DNA from: Octopus sinensis
Taxonomy: Eukaryota
DNA: 64,000 nucleotides
Direction: 5' to 3'
Assembly: GCF_006345805.1 (NCBI RefSeq)
Contig: NC_043020.1
Coordinates: 12,586,001-12,650,000 of the forward strand
The position numbers and the translations under genes were made by a program. A model generated the notes under the pieces. The model saw nothing but the letters and a program-made list of their open reading frames with translations. It was not told the DNA's origin and made no database searches. Positions 11,321 to 23,480 of the stretch are shown here, one piece after another; within the stretch, counting starts at the first letter, position 1; the number at the start of each line of letters is the position of its first letter.

Positions 11321-11745
11321 TATGTTTGACTTTTGCTTTGCATTTGCACAAGCTGGCTCCAAATCTCACCTAGAGACCTCAAGAGACAACAAGTTAGAAG
11401 TTCATGTTGGTGTTATGCCTAGGGTGCCATATATTTGGTTTTGTACTTAGTGTTGTACTAGTGAATGCCTAAAAAACTATACGAAAATTATGTTTAGAAA
11501 GTATTTTGCGTAGAATATGAGCAGTTCCCATGAGCACAATCTTTTGAATTTCTGCCATTTTGGGGTTTCCTGGTATCTGAGTTAGGTAGCAATCAGCCCC
11601 TTTTGCTATCATTCCCAGGGCACCTATGACAACAGGTATTGTTTTAGTCTTCAGCTTCCACATTTTGCTGATTTCTATTTCAAGATCTTTATATTTGCTC
11701 AGTTTCTGGTGGGTCTTGACAGATACATTTATATCGATTGGGACA
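11200..11745 (-). mobile_element. R4/Dong-type non-LTR retrotransposon fragments: REL-endonuclease end plus 3'UTR (11320-11745) in (TAA)n, and a second scrap (11200-11270)
   Basis: PIDINVSVKTHQKLSKYKDL...IPVVIGALG...QKIVLMGTAHILRKIL; YIHRYNRVGTYIHWKLCQHYG. Confidence 0.8.
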
Positions 11746-11988
11746 ATTATTATTATTACTATTATCATATCTGTTTCTAATTTAAACACAAATTTTAGAT
11801 GAGGAGAATAGTCAATTAAATCAACTCCTGTACTCTACTCGTACTTTATTCAATTGACCCCCAAAAGGATGAAAGAGAAAGCTGACCTTGGCAGGATTTG
11901 AACTAAGACTGTATAGTGTCAAAAGAAATACTGCCTGGCATTCAATGATTCTACCAATTCTGAAATCAATAAAACTGTAATAACTCAC

Positions 11989-12050
11989 CTCTGAAAGTCT
12001 GGTGATGATCTGGTACTTGAGACTGCTGTATACATCATCATCTTTCAAAT
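11989..12050 (-). CDS. GSAP: GSAP exon 23 (62 nt, phase 1-0; DLKDDDVYSSLKYQIITRLSE)
   Basis: Acceptor tctattgaacag|, donor |gtgagt; resembles the recalled DLDNTEKNEKLKFSIIVRL. Confidence 0.9.
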
Positions 12051-12179
12051 CTGTTCAATAGAATAATAATCATTTTAATTACAATATTTAATTAGTCACA
12101 ACTTTTCGTTAATTCCTCACCTCCGTAATATGTCATGTGATATATAAAGTTTAGGTCCACAAAATACACACCTGACTTA

Positions 12180-12517
12180 CTTTTACTTACTTTCACATTT
12201 GACTGCGGCCATGCTGGAGCACCGCCTTTAGTCGAAGAAGTTGACCCCAGGACTTATTCTTTGTAAGCCCAGTACTTATTCTATCGGTCTCTTTTGCCGA
12301 GCCGCTAAGTTACAGAGACGTAAACATACCACCATCGGTTGTCAAGCGATGTTGGCGGACAAACATAGACACACAAACATATACACACACATACATATAT
12401 ATGTGTGTATATATATATATATATATAAATATATACGATGGGCTTCTTTCAGTTTCCATCTACCAAATCTACTCACAAGGCTTTGGTCGGCCCGAGGCTA
12501 TGGTAAAAGACACTTGG
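12180..12517 (-). mobile_element. SINE family A, 5'-truncated
   Basis: Matches the other copies. Confidence 0.8.
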
Positions 12518-13789
12518 CCCTCTGAGCCATGGAGCACCAAATGAACGAAACTTGGGTACGAGTGATGCCAACAATGACATACAAACACACATACACACAC
12601 TGGGGGTACAATTCGAAGATATTCCACCCATTTACCTCCTGTCCTTCTGTACATCTAGGACCAAAATGTCCAATGTTTTTCCTTCTTTAAACAGATAAAA
12701 ACCTGACTTGTTGGAGTACTGCCAAGAGACTGACAGATCATGGTGATGATGATGATGGTGAAGGTGAGTTCAGGTGAGTTGATGAGGTTGATTAAATCAA
12801 TAGTTTGTACATCCCAGAGAAGATGATGTGTACGAAGTCAGCCTCTTCAAAAAAAAGATTTCAAAAATAAAACTATCAAAAATCAAAAACTACGTTAATG
12901 GAACAAAATAATCCATACTTTGATCTCATCTATTTACGACACTGCTGCCTCCTCCAATTTCATGATGAAGATGACAGTGGTGATGATGATGATGATGATG
13001 ATGACGATGATGGTGATGATGACAGTGATGATGATGATGATGGTGATGATGATGACAGTGATGATGATGATGATGATGACAGTGATGATGATGATGATGA
13101 TGATGGTGATGATAGTGGTGATAATGATGATGACAGTGGTGATGATGATGATGATGGTGATGATGATGACAGTGGTGATGGTGATGATGATGACGATGAT
13201 GATGATGACAGTGGTGGTGATGGTGATGATGATGATGACGATGACAGTGATGATGATGATGATGGTGATGACGATGACAGCGATGATGATGATGATGGTG
13301 ATGACGATGACAGCGATGATGATGATGGTGATGATGATAGTGTTTATGATGATGATGATGGTGATGATGACAGTGGTGGTGATGATGATGATGATGATGG
13401 TGATGATAGTGGTGATAATGATGATGACAGTGATGATGATGATGACAGTGGTGATGGTGATGATGATGACGACAGTGGTGGTGATGGTGATGATGATGGT
13501 TATGGTGATGATGATGACAGTGATGATGATGATGATGATGATAGTGTTGATGATGATGGTGATGATGATGACAGTGATGATGATGATGATGACAGTGATG
13601 ATGATGATGATGATGACAGTGATGATGATGATGATGGTGATAATGATGATGACAGTGGTGATGATGATGATGTGATGATGATGATGATGATGATGACGAT
13701 GATGGTGATGATGATGGTGATGATGATGATGACAGTGGTGGTGATGATGATGATGATGATGACGATGACAGTTTAATGTACAAACTTAC

Positions 13790-13859
13790 CACTTATAACC
13801 TGTTTGACAACCTGTCAGTTAGCAACACGGCACCACTGTCGACATAATGCAAGAATTGG
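13790..13859 (-). pseudogene. GSAP: Duplicated GSAP exon 22 with a 1-nt deletion (70 nt, frameshift to TAA)
   Basis: Same splice sites and flanks as 14481-14551, but + strand reads ttgacaacctg instead of ttgacaaacctg. Confidence 0.8.
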
Positions 13860-13917
13860 CTGGAAAGAAAATAAGAAGAAAATTTTTAAAAAAACAACAA
13901 ACAAATTTATTTCCTAA

Positions 13918-13954
<37 letters not shown>

Positions 13955-14480
13955 GTGATGACGATGACAGCGATGATGATGATGATGGTGATGACGATGA
14001 CAGCGATGATGATGATGGTGATGATGATAGTGTTTATGATGATGATGATGGTGATGATGACAGTGGTGGTGATGATGATGATGATGATGGTGATGATGAT
14101 AGTGTTGATGATGATGATGGTGACGATGATGACAGTGGTGATGGTGATGATGATGACGACAGTGGTGGTGATGGTGATGATGATGGTTATGGTGATGATG
14201 ATGACAGTGATGATGATGATGATGATAGTGTTGATGATGATGGTGATGATGATGATAGTGATGATGATGATGATGACAGTGATGATGATGATGATGACAG
14301 TGATGATGATGATGATGGTGATAATGATGATGACAGTGGTGATGATGATGATGGTGATGATGATGACAGTGGTGATGGTGATGACGATGATGATGATGAC
14401 AGTGGTGGTGATGATGATGATGACAGAGGTGGTGGTGATGATGATGATGATGACGATGACAGTTTAATGTACAAACTTAC

Positions 14481-14551
14481 CACTTATAACCTGTTTGACA
14501 AACCTGTCAGTTAGCAACACGGCACCACTGTCGACATAATGCAAGAATTGG
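14481..14551 (-). CDS. GSAP: GSAP exon 22, intact copy (71 nt, phase 2-1; SQFLHYVDSGAVLLTDRFVKQVIS)
   Basis: Acceptor attttctttccag|, donor |gtaagt; resembles the recalled LLHCIDSGVLLLTE. Confidence 0.92.
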
Positions 14552-15271
14552 CTGGAAAGAAAATAAGAAGAAAAATTTTTAAAAAAACAACAAACAAATT
14601 TATTTCCTAAGATGATGATGATGATGATGATGAGGGGCATCATCATCATCATGATCAATTTCAGAGAAAGACAGATCAATAACACGTTAGATTATCCACT
14701 TAAGATTCACTAATTCAAACCCTGTCCTTGCTACACAAAGGTGTCCCTTACAAATGGACTTCACTTACGATGCCCCAGTCCACCTGGCCTTCAATAGGTA
14801 CCACATGTACAGATTACTGCTGCAAGTAGCAGGAGCATAGTATGATAGTTTAGTGTTTTTTTTGTTCTTTTTCTATGCATCGCTAGGATGAAATCTAGGC
14901 ACACATATGGCAGACAGAGACCCTTCTGGGTCCATAAAATTAGCACCAATTGAATGTTAAGGTTGATGTAACTGGCATACACCTTCCCCCAAATTTCAAA
15001 CCTTTTGACAATAGTAGAAGGATCGTTATTATTATTATTAGGGTGGAGAGCTGGCAGAATCGTTAGCATACTGGGCAAAGGGCTTAGCGGTATTTTATCT
15101 GCCGTTATGTAATGAGTTCAAATCCCACTGAGGTCGACTTTGCCTTTCATCCTTTCAGGGTCAATCATTTAAGTACCAGTCATGTACTGGGATCAATGTC
15201 ATCAACTTACCCGCTCCCCACAAATTGTGCTTATAAGAGAAAGGATTAGTAATATTAATATTATTATTGAC

Positions 15272-15550
15272 TTGACTGGCTTCCGTGTAGGTGGCACGTA
15301 AAAACCACCAACCGATCGTGGCCGTTGCCAGCCTCCCCTGGCGCCTGTGCCGGTGGCATGTAAAAGCACCCACTACACTCACGGAGTGGTTGGCGTTAGG
15401 AAGGGCATCCAGCTGTAGAAACTCTGCCAGATCAGACTGGAGCCTGGTGCTGCCTCTTGGCTTCCCAGACCCCGGTCGAACCGTCCAACCCATGCTAGCA
15501 CGGAAAACGGACGTTAAACGACGATAATTATTATTATTATTATTATTATT
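15272..15550 (+). mobile_element. RTE LINE 3'UTR fragment
   Basis: Matches the RTE 3' end. Confidence 0.85.
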
Positions 15551-16110
15551 AATGCAGTGAGCTGGCAGAATCGTTAGCACGCCAGGCAAAATGCTTAGCA
15601 GTATTTCATCCATCTTTACATTCTGAGTTCAAATTCTGTTGGGGTCAATCTTTGCCTTTCACCCTTTTCGGGGTTGATAAAATAAGTACCAGTTATGCTG
15701 GCCTTGTGCCAAAAATTCAACTAGTTCCCTCCCGACAAATTTCAGGCCTTGTACCTTTAGTAGAAAGGAATATTATCATTATTATTATTATTATCATTAT
15801 TATCATTATTATTATTATTATATTATTATTAATGCAGTGAGCTGGCAGAATCGTTAGCACGCCAGGCAAAATGCTTAGCAGTATTTCATCCATCTTTACA
15901 TTCTGAGTTCAAATTCTGTTGGGGTCAATCTTTGCCTTTCACCCTTTTCGGGGTTGATAAAATAAGTACCAGTTATGCTGGCCTTGTGCCAAAAATTCAA
16001 CTAGTTCCCTCCCGACAAATTTCAGGCCTTGTACCTTTAGTAGAAAGGAATATTATCATTATTATTATTATTATCATTATTATCATTATTATTATTATTA
16101 TTATTATTAG
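15551..16110 (+). repeat. Tandem duplication of a 280-bp SINE C plus (ATT)n unit
   Basis: 15551-15830 matches 15831-16110. Confidence 0.9.
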
Positions 16111-16829
16111 GATGTATGGCCTAGTGTTGAGGACACATGGTCTAGTGGTTAGGATGTTGTACTCACAATTGTGAGATTGTGGTTTCAGTCCCTAGACCGG
16201 GTGGTGTGTTGTGTTCTTGAGTAAAACACCTCGTCTCACGTAGCTCCGCAATTACATCGTCACCTGACACATGGTACACCATGCACCCGTTCAAACAACA
16301 TCTATTCAAGATGAAGTGAGTTAATGTACAGCGTATATATGCGATCCCTATAAACAAGTCACTCGGCAAAAGCTAAACATCCATATGTCATCTTTAAAGG
16401 GGGAGTCCCACCATCTTTACAATCATTAAAGTGGTGGGCGGTAAAAATCATTAGCACCTCAGTCAAAATGCTTAGCTCTGAGTTCAAATTAATATCATTA
16501 CCTTTGCCTTACCAAAGGCAGAGGTATTGTTTGTTTGTTTGTTTGTTCGTGGACAAGATATCTCAAGAAGCGCTGGATGGATTTGGATGAAACTTTCAGG
16601 GATGTTTGACCTCATGACCGGCACAAACTGATTAGATTTTGGGATCTGGACAAGGATTTTGGATTATTTTTGTTCTTTACTTTTTGTACTTAATTTTTGA
16701 GAGTGGGCAGGTTCATTTTTAGTATTCTCGTTTGTGAGAGCCGTCGAGCTTATTTCAGACATTCTCATTTTAAAAAAACATCTCCAGTTAATCATTGAGA
16801 GAGCGTTGGTGTTGCCTTGGTAGAGGCTT

Positions 16830-17244
16830 GGGATCTTTTCGGTTTGAACGGCAGTTTGTAACATAATTTCTAGGTAACTAAAAAATGTTAAACTTCGTAT
16901 ACTGGTAGAATGTGTTTTATAAAACATCTTTTTCTCTTGGCTTTATTGAGAGAATTCTATAGGTTGTAACATATTTGTTGTCTCTTTTCTTCATTTTCTG
17001 CAATTTCAACCAATCAATGACGTCTATTGAGGTGAAAACATTCTGTGCCGTATGAATATGTCCCTCGTTTAAGAAACAGATTGGGTTTATTTACATTTGT
17101 GAAGAAAAAAAGATACTCTCCCCCCCCTAACCCTAACTCTAAAATAGATTGAAATGCAATAGATCGATACTAGGGTCATAATTATGGGTGACAATTTCAT
17201 ATGACGCCGCTAGAAAAAACTGCCGTTCAAACCGAAAAGATCCC
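16830..17244. mobile_element. MITE with 27-bp perfect TIRs
   Basis: gggatcttttcggtttgaacggcagtt ... aactgccgttcaaaccgaaaagatccc; no clear TSD. Confidence 0.75.
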
Positions 17245-17887
17245 TGATTATTCTTCAACAAAATTCAATAATTGTTATTTATGTTATCAAATGATGGAAA
17301 GGAAGAAAGAAACGAAGCAAAACAGAGTTTTAAAAAAACTTTTTTTTTTTAAATTTATACCAGGGGAAGTAACTTTGGATACTACCTTAGATATCCATTA
17401 ATTATCTCCCATCACGGAAAGTTAATCTGGAAGATTTCAAACACAACACACACACACACACATTTTGAAGAATTCCGTGCTGTACAGAGCCTGCTTTTCC
17501 AGTCTTTGACTAGAGTAGTAATCTTCAGTTCCTTCTATGATGCTGCTTAACTAAATATTGTTATTGGTGTGGTTCACCCAAGGCTATCACCACAAAACCT
17601 TCATCCAAATATTTTCATTGGTTATTACAATTAATCCATTACCTAGATCGTGGAGGTAATAATATTGGCTTCAATTTTTGGCACAAGGCCAGTAATTTCG
17701 GGGAAGGGCACTAATCGATTAGATCAATCCCAGTATTTAACTGGTACTTATTTTATCGATCCCGAACGGATGAAAATACCACAAAGCATTTCGCTCGGTT
17801 GTTAACGATTCTGCCAGCTCACTGATTTAATGATAACAATCATTTTTATTCCTTTATTGGTTACAAGGTTTCACTGGTACTTAATTT

Positions 17888-18642
17888 AATAATAATAATA
17901 ATAACGACATTATTGTATACAGTGATCAGGTGCACCACAACTTGTCAGAAAGTGCATATAAAGTATATGCAGTAATGTAGAATGTCTGGAAAGTGAACAG
18001 TGTATGAGTCAGATACATGCTTGTGTGTGTATGGAGGGGAGAAAATCAGGTGTAGTGTTGGCGAATCTCTGGAAGCATGGAAGTTTTGAAGGATGCAGTG
18101 CTCCGACAACTAACAACTGATGCCAGCAGTTTGTTCCACGCTTCAGCAACTCTCAGCGTGAAAAAATGTTTCCTAAAGTCATGGGAGCTGTGCTGTTTTC
18201 TTACTTTGTAAATATGTCCACGGGTGTTAGATGGGTGGAGTTTGAAGAGGTGCTCAGAGTTATTGTTTGTGCGATGGTTGATAATTTTATGGGTGTCTGC
18301 CAGGTCAGCTGCCAGATGTCGGAGTTTCAATGTGTCCATGCCCAGGGAAGTAAGGCGTTCAGGATATGGCAAATGCCTGATGGAGGGTATTCTTTTGGTT
18401 GCACGTCGCTGAACAGCTTCCAGACGATTGATGTCCTGGGCAAGATAGGGGTTCCAGACCGGTGATGCAAATTCCAGGTGAGGTCTTACCATAGCTATAT
18501 AAAGCCGCAGATAGATAGCCGGAGAGCGGCTCACAAAGGATTTGGTGAGTGATGCCAAGACACCCTCAGCCTTCTTGACAATTTTGGCGATGTGTTTTGT
18601 CCAACGCAAATCATTGTCGACAATAACACCCAGGTCACGTTC
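17888..18642 (-). mobile_element. CR1-type LINE 3' fragment (ORF2 C-terminus, 3'UTR, (TTA)n)
   Basis: ERDLGVIVDNDL...YIAMVRPHLEFASPVWNP...LEAVQRRATK...FFTLRVAEAWNKL. Confidence 0.9.
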
Positions 18643-19589
18643 ATCAACTCTGAAAGGATGAACGGCAAAGTCGACCTCGGTGGAATTAGAACTCAAAACA
18701 TAACAACAGACGAAATATCGCTAAGCATTTCACCCAGCGTGCTAACGATTCTGCCAGCTCGCTGTCTTAATAATAATAATTGCCCTGATCCAGTACCAGG
18801 CACTTAACTGATTGCAAGTGTTATTATGTACATGCTTTATTTTGGTATAAAAAAAGATGAGCTACAGCAAATATTCTGCTTAATACCACAGATTTGCTTG
18901 TCAGTTGTTTGACCTTAACCAGTTGACCATGTCTCTTAGTGGCTGACGATATGTGCATCTCTGATCATGAGCAAGAGTAGTTGGGGAGCATCTTAGCCAT
19001 GTGTCAAGAGGAATTATTTGGGGTTTGGATAATTCACCTCCGGAAACATAGATGTTTTGTTCATCATCCTTAAACAAACCTTATTCAGTGACCTTTAGAG
19101 TGGGATGGGCTACTCAAATTGAAGAAAATTCTAACTGGGCCCCCACCTGCAAGGTCATGTGTTGTTTATCTTGATATAAAATGACCATGTCATGCACATA
19201 TGGTTGTGACACATGTGCCTGGGGTACCCTTATCAGACAGGTAGTCATGATGGGTATACTGGGTTTCATATATTTGTACCCCAGGGTCACTTTGATGGCA
19301 TGCACGGCTCTCTCACTCAATAATAATAATGATAATGGTTTCCATTATAGGAACATGGCCAGCAGTTTTAAGGGTAGGGGTTAGTTGATTACAATGACCC
19401 CAGTATTTGACTGGTACTAAATTTTATGGGCCTTGAAAGGCTGAAAGACTAAGTTGACCCCAACGGGGTCTTAGAATGTAAAGCCTCGGAACAAATACCA
19501 CAAGACATTTAGTCTGATGTTGTGATAGAATAATAAAAACACAGAAAGAAGAAACAAGGGAAATATAGTTTATAAATGAAGATTTTTAC

Positions 19590-19638
19590 CTGAGACTGAG
19601 ACAACGAAAAGCAAGAGTTGTAAAATAGGTACAGAAAC
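19590..19638 (-). CDS. GSAP: GSAP exon 21 (49 nt, phase 1-2; GFCTYFTTLAFRCLSL)
   Basis: Acceptor ttttctgctcag|, donor |gtaaaa; resembles the recalled GFHTLHTILGVQCLPL. Confidence 0.88.
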
Positions 19639-19936
19639 CTGAGCAGAAAAAGAAATAATATAATTAACATAAATTAACAATGCTACATAAATTAACATAG
19701 TAAATTTACGTACTGAGAAGAGAGATAAGGAGAAGAAAGAAAACAGAAAATCAAAGTATGGGGTGGGGGTAAAGTAGCAGAAGGGGGAAGGGTCACATAC
19801 CCCAGAACAAATGATGTGATCAACTGTGCCCCACGATAATGACTAAGTGAAGCTAACATATTGACAGAAGTCATGGAGGTTAACTTTTGTGGATTGAAAT
19901 CTTTTAAACAAAACAAAAAAAAGGAACTTTTTGTTT

Positions 19937-20545
19937 TAACCCTTTAGCATTCAGATTACTCTGTCAAATGTAATAATCCTTATTTATTCACATTGTTTTA
20001 AATTAATCCTGGATTATCTCATAACTTCGAGACTTCGATGATGTCATTACTCTCTCTTTACTCTTTTACTTGTTTCAGTCATTTGACTGCGGCCATGCTG
20101 GAGCACCGCCTTTAGTCGAGCAACTCGACCCTGGGACTTATTCTTTTTGTAAGCCCAGTACTTATTCTATCGGTCTCTTTTTGCTGAACCGCTAAGTGAC
20201 GGGGACGTAAACACACCAGCATCGGTTGTCAAGCAATGCTAGGGAGACAAACACACACACACAAACACATATATATATACATATACATATATACGACAGG
20301 CTTCTTTCAGTTTCTGTCTACCAAATCCACTCACAAGGCATTGGTCGGCCCGGGGCTATAGCAGAAGACACTTGCCCAAGATGCCACGCACTGGGACTGA
20401 ACCCGGAACCATGTGGTTGGTTAGCAAGCTACTTACCACACAGCCACTCCTGCGATTTTTAGTCTGACATTGTAGAGGAGGTGTAAGAGGCTGGATCTGG
20501 TCAAAACATTTGAGCCGGATATGGTTGGATTAAATGCTATAGGGT
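19937..20545 (+). mobile_element. piggyBac-like MITE (second family) split by a SINE A insertion (20050-20452, minus strand)
   Basis: ttaaccctttagcattcag ... aaatgctatagggtt; related to 61421-61640 and 44347-45255. Confidence 0.6.
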
Positions 20546-20547
20546 TC

Positions 20548-21845
20548 ATCATCATCATCATCATCATCATTGTTCAACGTCTGCTTTTCATGCTGGCATG
20601 GGTTGGACGGTTTGACTGAGGACTGACAAGCCAGTAGGCTGCACCAGGCTCCAATCTGATCTGGCAAGGTTTCTACAGCTGGATGCCCTTCCTAATGCCA
20701 ACCACTCCATGAGTGTAGTGGGTGCTTTTTACATGCCACTGGCACAGGAGCCAATCAGGTGGCACTGGTACCGACCACATTTGGATCGACTTTTTACATG
20801 CCACTGGCACAGGAGCCAATCAGGTGGCACTGGTACCGACCACATTTGGATCGACTTTTTACACATGCCACTGGCACAGGAGCCAATCAGGTGGCACTGG
20901 TACCGACCACATTTGGATCGACTTTTTACATGCCACTGGCACAGGAGCCAATCAGGTGGCACTGGTACCGACCACATTTGGATCGACTTTTTACATGCCA
21001 CTGGCACAGGAGCCAATCAGGTGGCACTGGTACCGACCACATTTGGATCGACTTTTTACATGCCACTGGCACAGGAGCCAATCAGGTGGCACTGGTACCG
21101 ACCACATTTGGATCAACTTTTTACATGCCACTGGCACAGGAGCCAATCAGGTGGCACTGGTACCGACCACATTTGGATCGACTTTTTACATGCCACTGGC
21201 ACAGGAGCCAATCAGGTGGCACTGGTACCGACCACATTTGGATCGACTTTTTACATGCCACTGGCACAGGAGCCAGTCAGGTGGCACTGGTACCGACCAC
21301 ATTTGGATCGACTTTTTACATGCCACTGGCACAGGAGCCAGTCAGGTGGCACTGGTACCGACCACATTTGGATCGACTTTTTACATGCCACTGGCACAGG
21401 AGCCAATCAGGTGGCACTGGTACCGACCACATTTGGATCGACTTTTTACATGCCACTGGCACAGGAGCCAATCAGGTGGCACTGGTACCGACCACATTTG
21501 GATCGACTTTTTACATGCCACTGGCACAGGAGCCAATCAGGTGGCACTGGTACCGACCACATTTGGATCGACTTTTTACATGCCACTGGCACAGGAGCCA
21601 ATCAGGTGGCACTGGTACCGACCACATTTGGATCGACTTTTTACATGCCACTGGCACAGGAGCCAATCAGGTGGCACTGGTACCGACCACATTTGGATCG
21701 ACTTTTTACATGCCACTGGCACAGGAGCCAATCAGGTGGCACTGGTACCGACCACATTTGGATGGGCTCTTTACATGCTACCGGCACAGGAGCCAGTCAG
21801 GGAGCACTAGCTTCAACCACATTCGGAAATGCTTTCTACATGCAC
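20548..21845 (-). mobile_element. RTE 3'UTR fragment containing a 16 x 65-bp minisatellite (20726-21763)
   Basis: Unit tttttacatgccactggcacaggagccaatcaggtggcactggtaccgaccacatttggatcgac; period 65 measured (agccaatcag at 20881 and 20946). Confidence 0.93.
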
Positions 21846-21989
21846 TAACATGGACGTGGCACTGGCATGATCTAAAAGTAATGTAAATGCTCCAGCATGA
21901 CCACAGTTCAACTGACTTAAACCAGTCAAACCGATAAAGATTTTGTTTGTTTATTTATTTATTAGATTTAATGTGAAAGTTTGGCTTAC

Positions 21990-22084
21990 CATCAGTTATT
22001 GGGAAGGTTTGTTCTTTCAATGCCATTGATATCCGTTCGAACAATTGGAATAAACCATATTCTTCCTTTGTAGGAGATTGGTAC
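21990..22084 (-). CDS. GSAP: GSAP exon 20 (95 nt, phase 2-1; YQSPTKEEYGLFQLFERISMALKEQTFPITD)
   Basis: Acceptor gtctgttactag|, donor |gtaagc; resembles the recalled AEFAVFHIMTRILEA...FLPLP. Confidence 0.9.
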
Positions 22085-22309
22085 CTAGTAACAGACAACA
22101 GAGAGACGGGAGGGAATAAGGAAGAGAGAGAGAGTGAAGAGGAGAGAGTGAATGATAAAAAGGGAGGAAGAATTATGGAGAGAAAGGGAGAGAGAGCTAT
22201 TGAGACAGAATAAAGAAGAAAAAATAGGAAAGAGGAAAAAAGATTGAGACTGGAAGTAATGTCATTTATTTGTAACAAATATTGAGACTTAGGTTCAAAT
22301 CCTACCATT

Positions 22310-22768
22310 CATCATCATCATCATCATCATCGTTTAACGTCCGTTTTCCGCGCTAGCACGGGTTGGACGGTTCGACCGGGGTCTGGGAAACCAGGAGGCT
22401 GCACCAGGCTCCAGTCTGATCTGGCAGTGTTTCGACAGCTGGATGCCCTTCCTAACGCCAACCACTCCGCGAGTGTAGTGGGTGCTTTTTACGTGCCACC
22501 TGCACAGGTGCCAGGAGGGGGGTCCGGCATCGGCCACGATCGGTTGGAGCTTTTAACGTGCCAGCAGCACGGAAGCCAGCCAAGGCAGCGCTGGCAACGT
22601 TCGGATGGTGCTTTTTATGTGCCACCGGCACAGAAGCCAGTCGGAGTGGCGCTGGCATTGGCCACGTTCGGATGGTGCTTTTTATGTGCCACCGGCACAG
22701 AAGCCAGTCGGAGTGGCGCTGGCATTGGCCACGTTCGGATAGTGCTTTTTATGTGCCACCAGCACAGG
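22310..22768 (-). mobile_element. RTE LINE 3'UTR fragment (4-5 modules)
   Basis: Matches the RTE 3' end. Confidence 0.88.
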
Positions 22769-23077
22769 CATCACAACCATCCTCCCATCCCCACTCCACT
22801 AGAATTTATAAAATGTGTAGCAGTAATTAAATGGTGTTAAATGAATTGATTATAGCATGGCTGTTAACACACTACTTGATTCTGTTCCATTTCAACAAGG
22901 GTCTTCTACTATAGCCCTGGATCAATCCAAAACCTTGTGAATGGATTTGGTAGAGGGAAACCGGAAGAAGCTCAATTAAAGAGAGGGGAAAGAAACAGAA
23001 GAGGGGGCAACAGAGAGGGTGCAAAAGAGAGGGGACATGAGAGAGGGGGTAAGAGAGTGGGAGTGGGGGCATGAGTG

Positions 23078-23225
23078 AACATTATTTACATTATTTACAT
23101 TCGACAAATATTTGTCCTCATCTTGTTTGTTGTTAACACAATGTTTCGGCTGATATACCCTCCAGCCTTCATTAGGTGTCTTGGGGAAATTTCAAACCTG
23201 GGTTCTCATTCCTAAGGTATTTTTT
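23078..23225 (-). mobile_element. SINE D 3' tail with hammerhead-like fold (23135-23180)
   Basis: Minus strand: GACAC-CTAATGA-A-GGCTG-gagggtatat-CAGCC-GAAAC-ATT-GTGTT. Confidence 0.75.
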
Positions 23226-23332
23226 GATGTTGTTGTTGTTATTATTATTATTATTATCATTATTATTATTGTTATTATTATTATCATTATTATTCTTATT
23301 ATTATTATTATTATCATCATTATTATTATTTT

Positions 23333-23449
23333 TTTTTTCTTCTTTCAAATTTTCTTCCATTTCTTGCCGAGTGTCTTCCCGACTCCTAGGGCAAAGAAAC
23401 TCATAGTGTATATTGGTAGGCCATTAAAGCAAACTCAGTAGTTCGTTCA

Positions 23450-23480
<31 letters not shown>

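Larger units (their letters stand above)
12962..14633. repeat. Degenerate (GAT)n arrays; an about 690-bp unit including GSAP exon 22 is tandemly duplicated
   Basis: 13771-13918 matches 14462-14611, and the array pattern at about 13260-13350 recurs at about 13950-14040. Confidence 0.9.

Noticed and set aside
12695-12763. Plus-strand 69-nt segment with good AG/GTGAGT signals (possible antisense gene)
   Set aside because: No consistent chain of plus-strand exons or recognisable protein; chance splice-like motifs are expected in 64 kb.
12898-13776. Poly-Asp/Met/His ORFs
   Set aside because: They are translations of an intronic (GAT)n array, open in several frames on both strands.
14769-14820. 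Possible minus-strand exon with a GTAAGT donor (also 12614-12684)
   Set aside because: No similarity to GSAP in the open frames, and the homologous exons were found elsewhere.
17126-17144. CCCTAA repeats as interstitial telomere
   Set aside because: Only 2-3 imperfect units, inside a MITE.
17462-17553. Possible minus-strand exon LSSIIEGTEDYYSSQRLEKQALYSTEFFK
   Set aside because: Splice signals are weak, and exons 21 and 22 are contiguous in recalled GSAP homologues.
20709-21886. 65-bp array as a CRISPR, or its 360-380 aa ORFs as a gene
   Set aside because: The units are identical with no unique spacers, there are no cas genes, and it derives from the RTE 3'UTR. The ORFs exist only because the unit has no stop codons.
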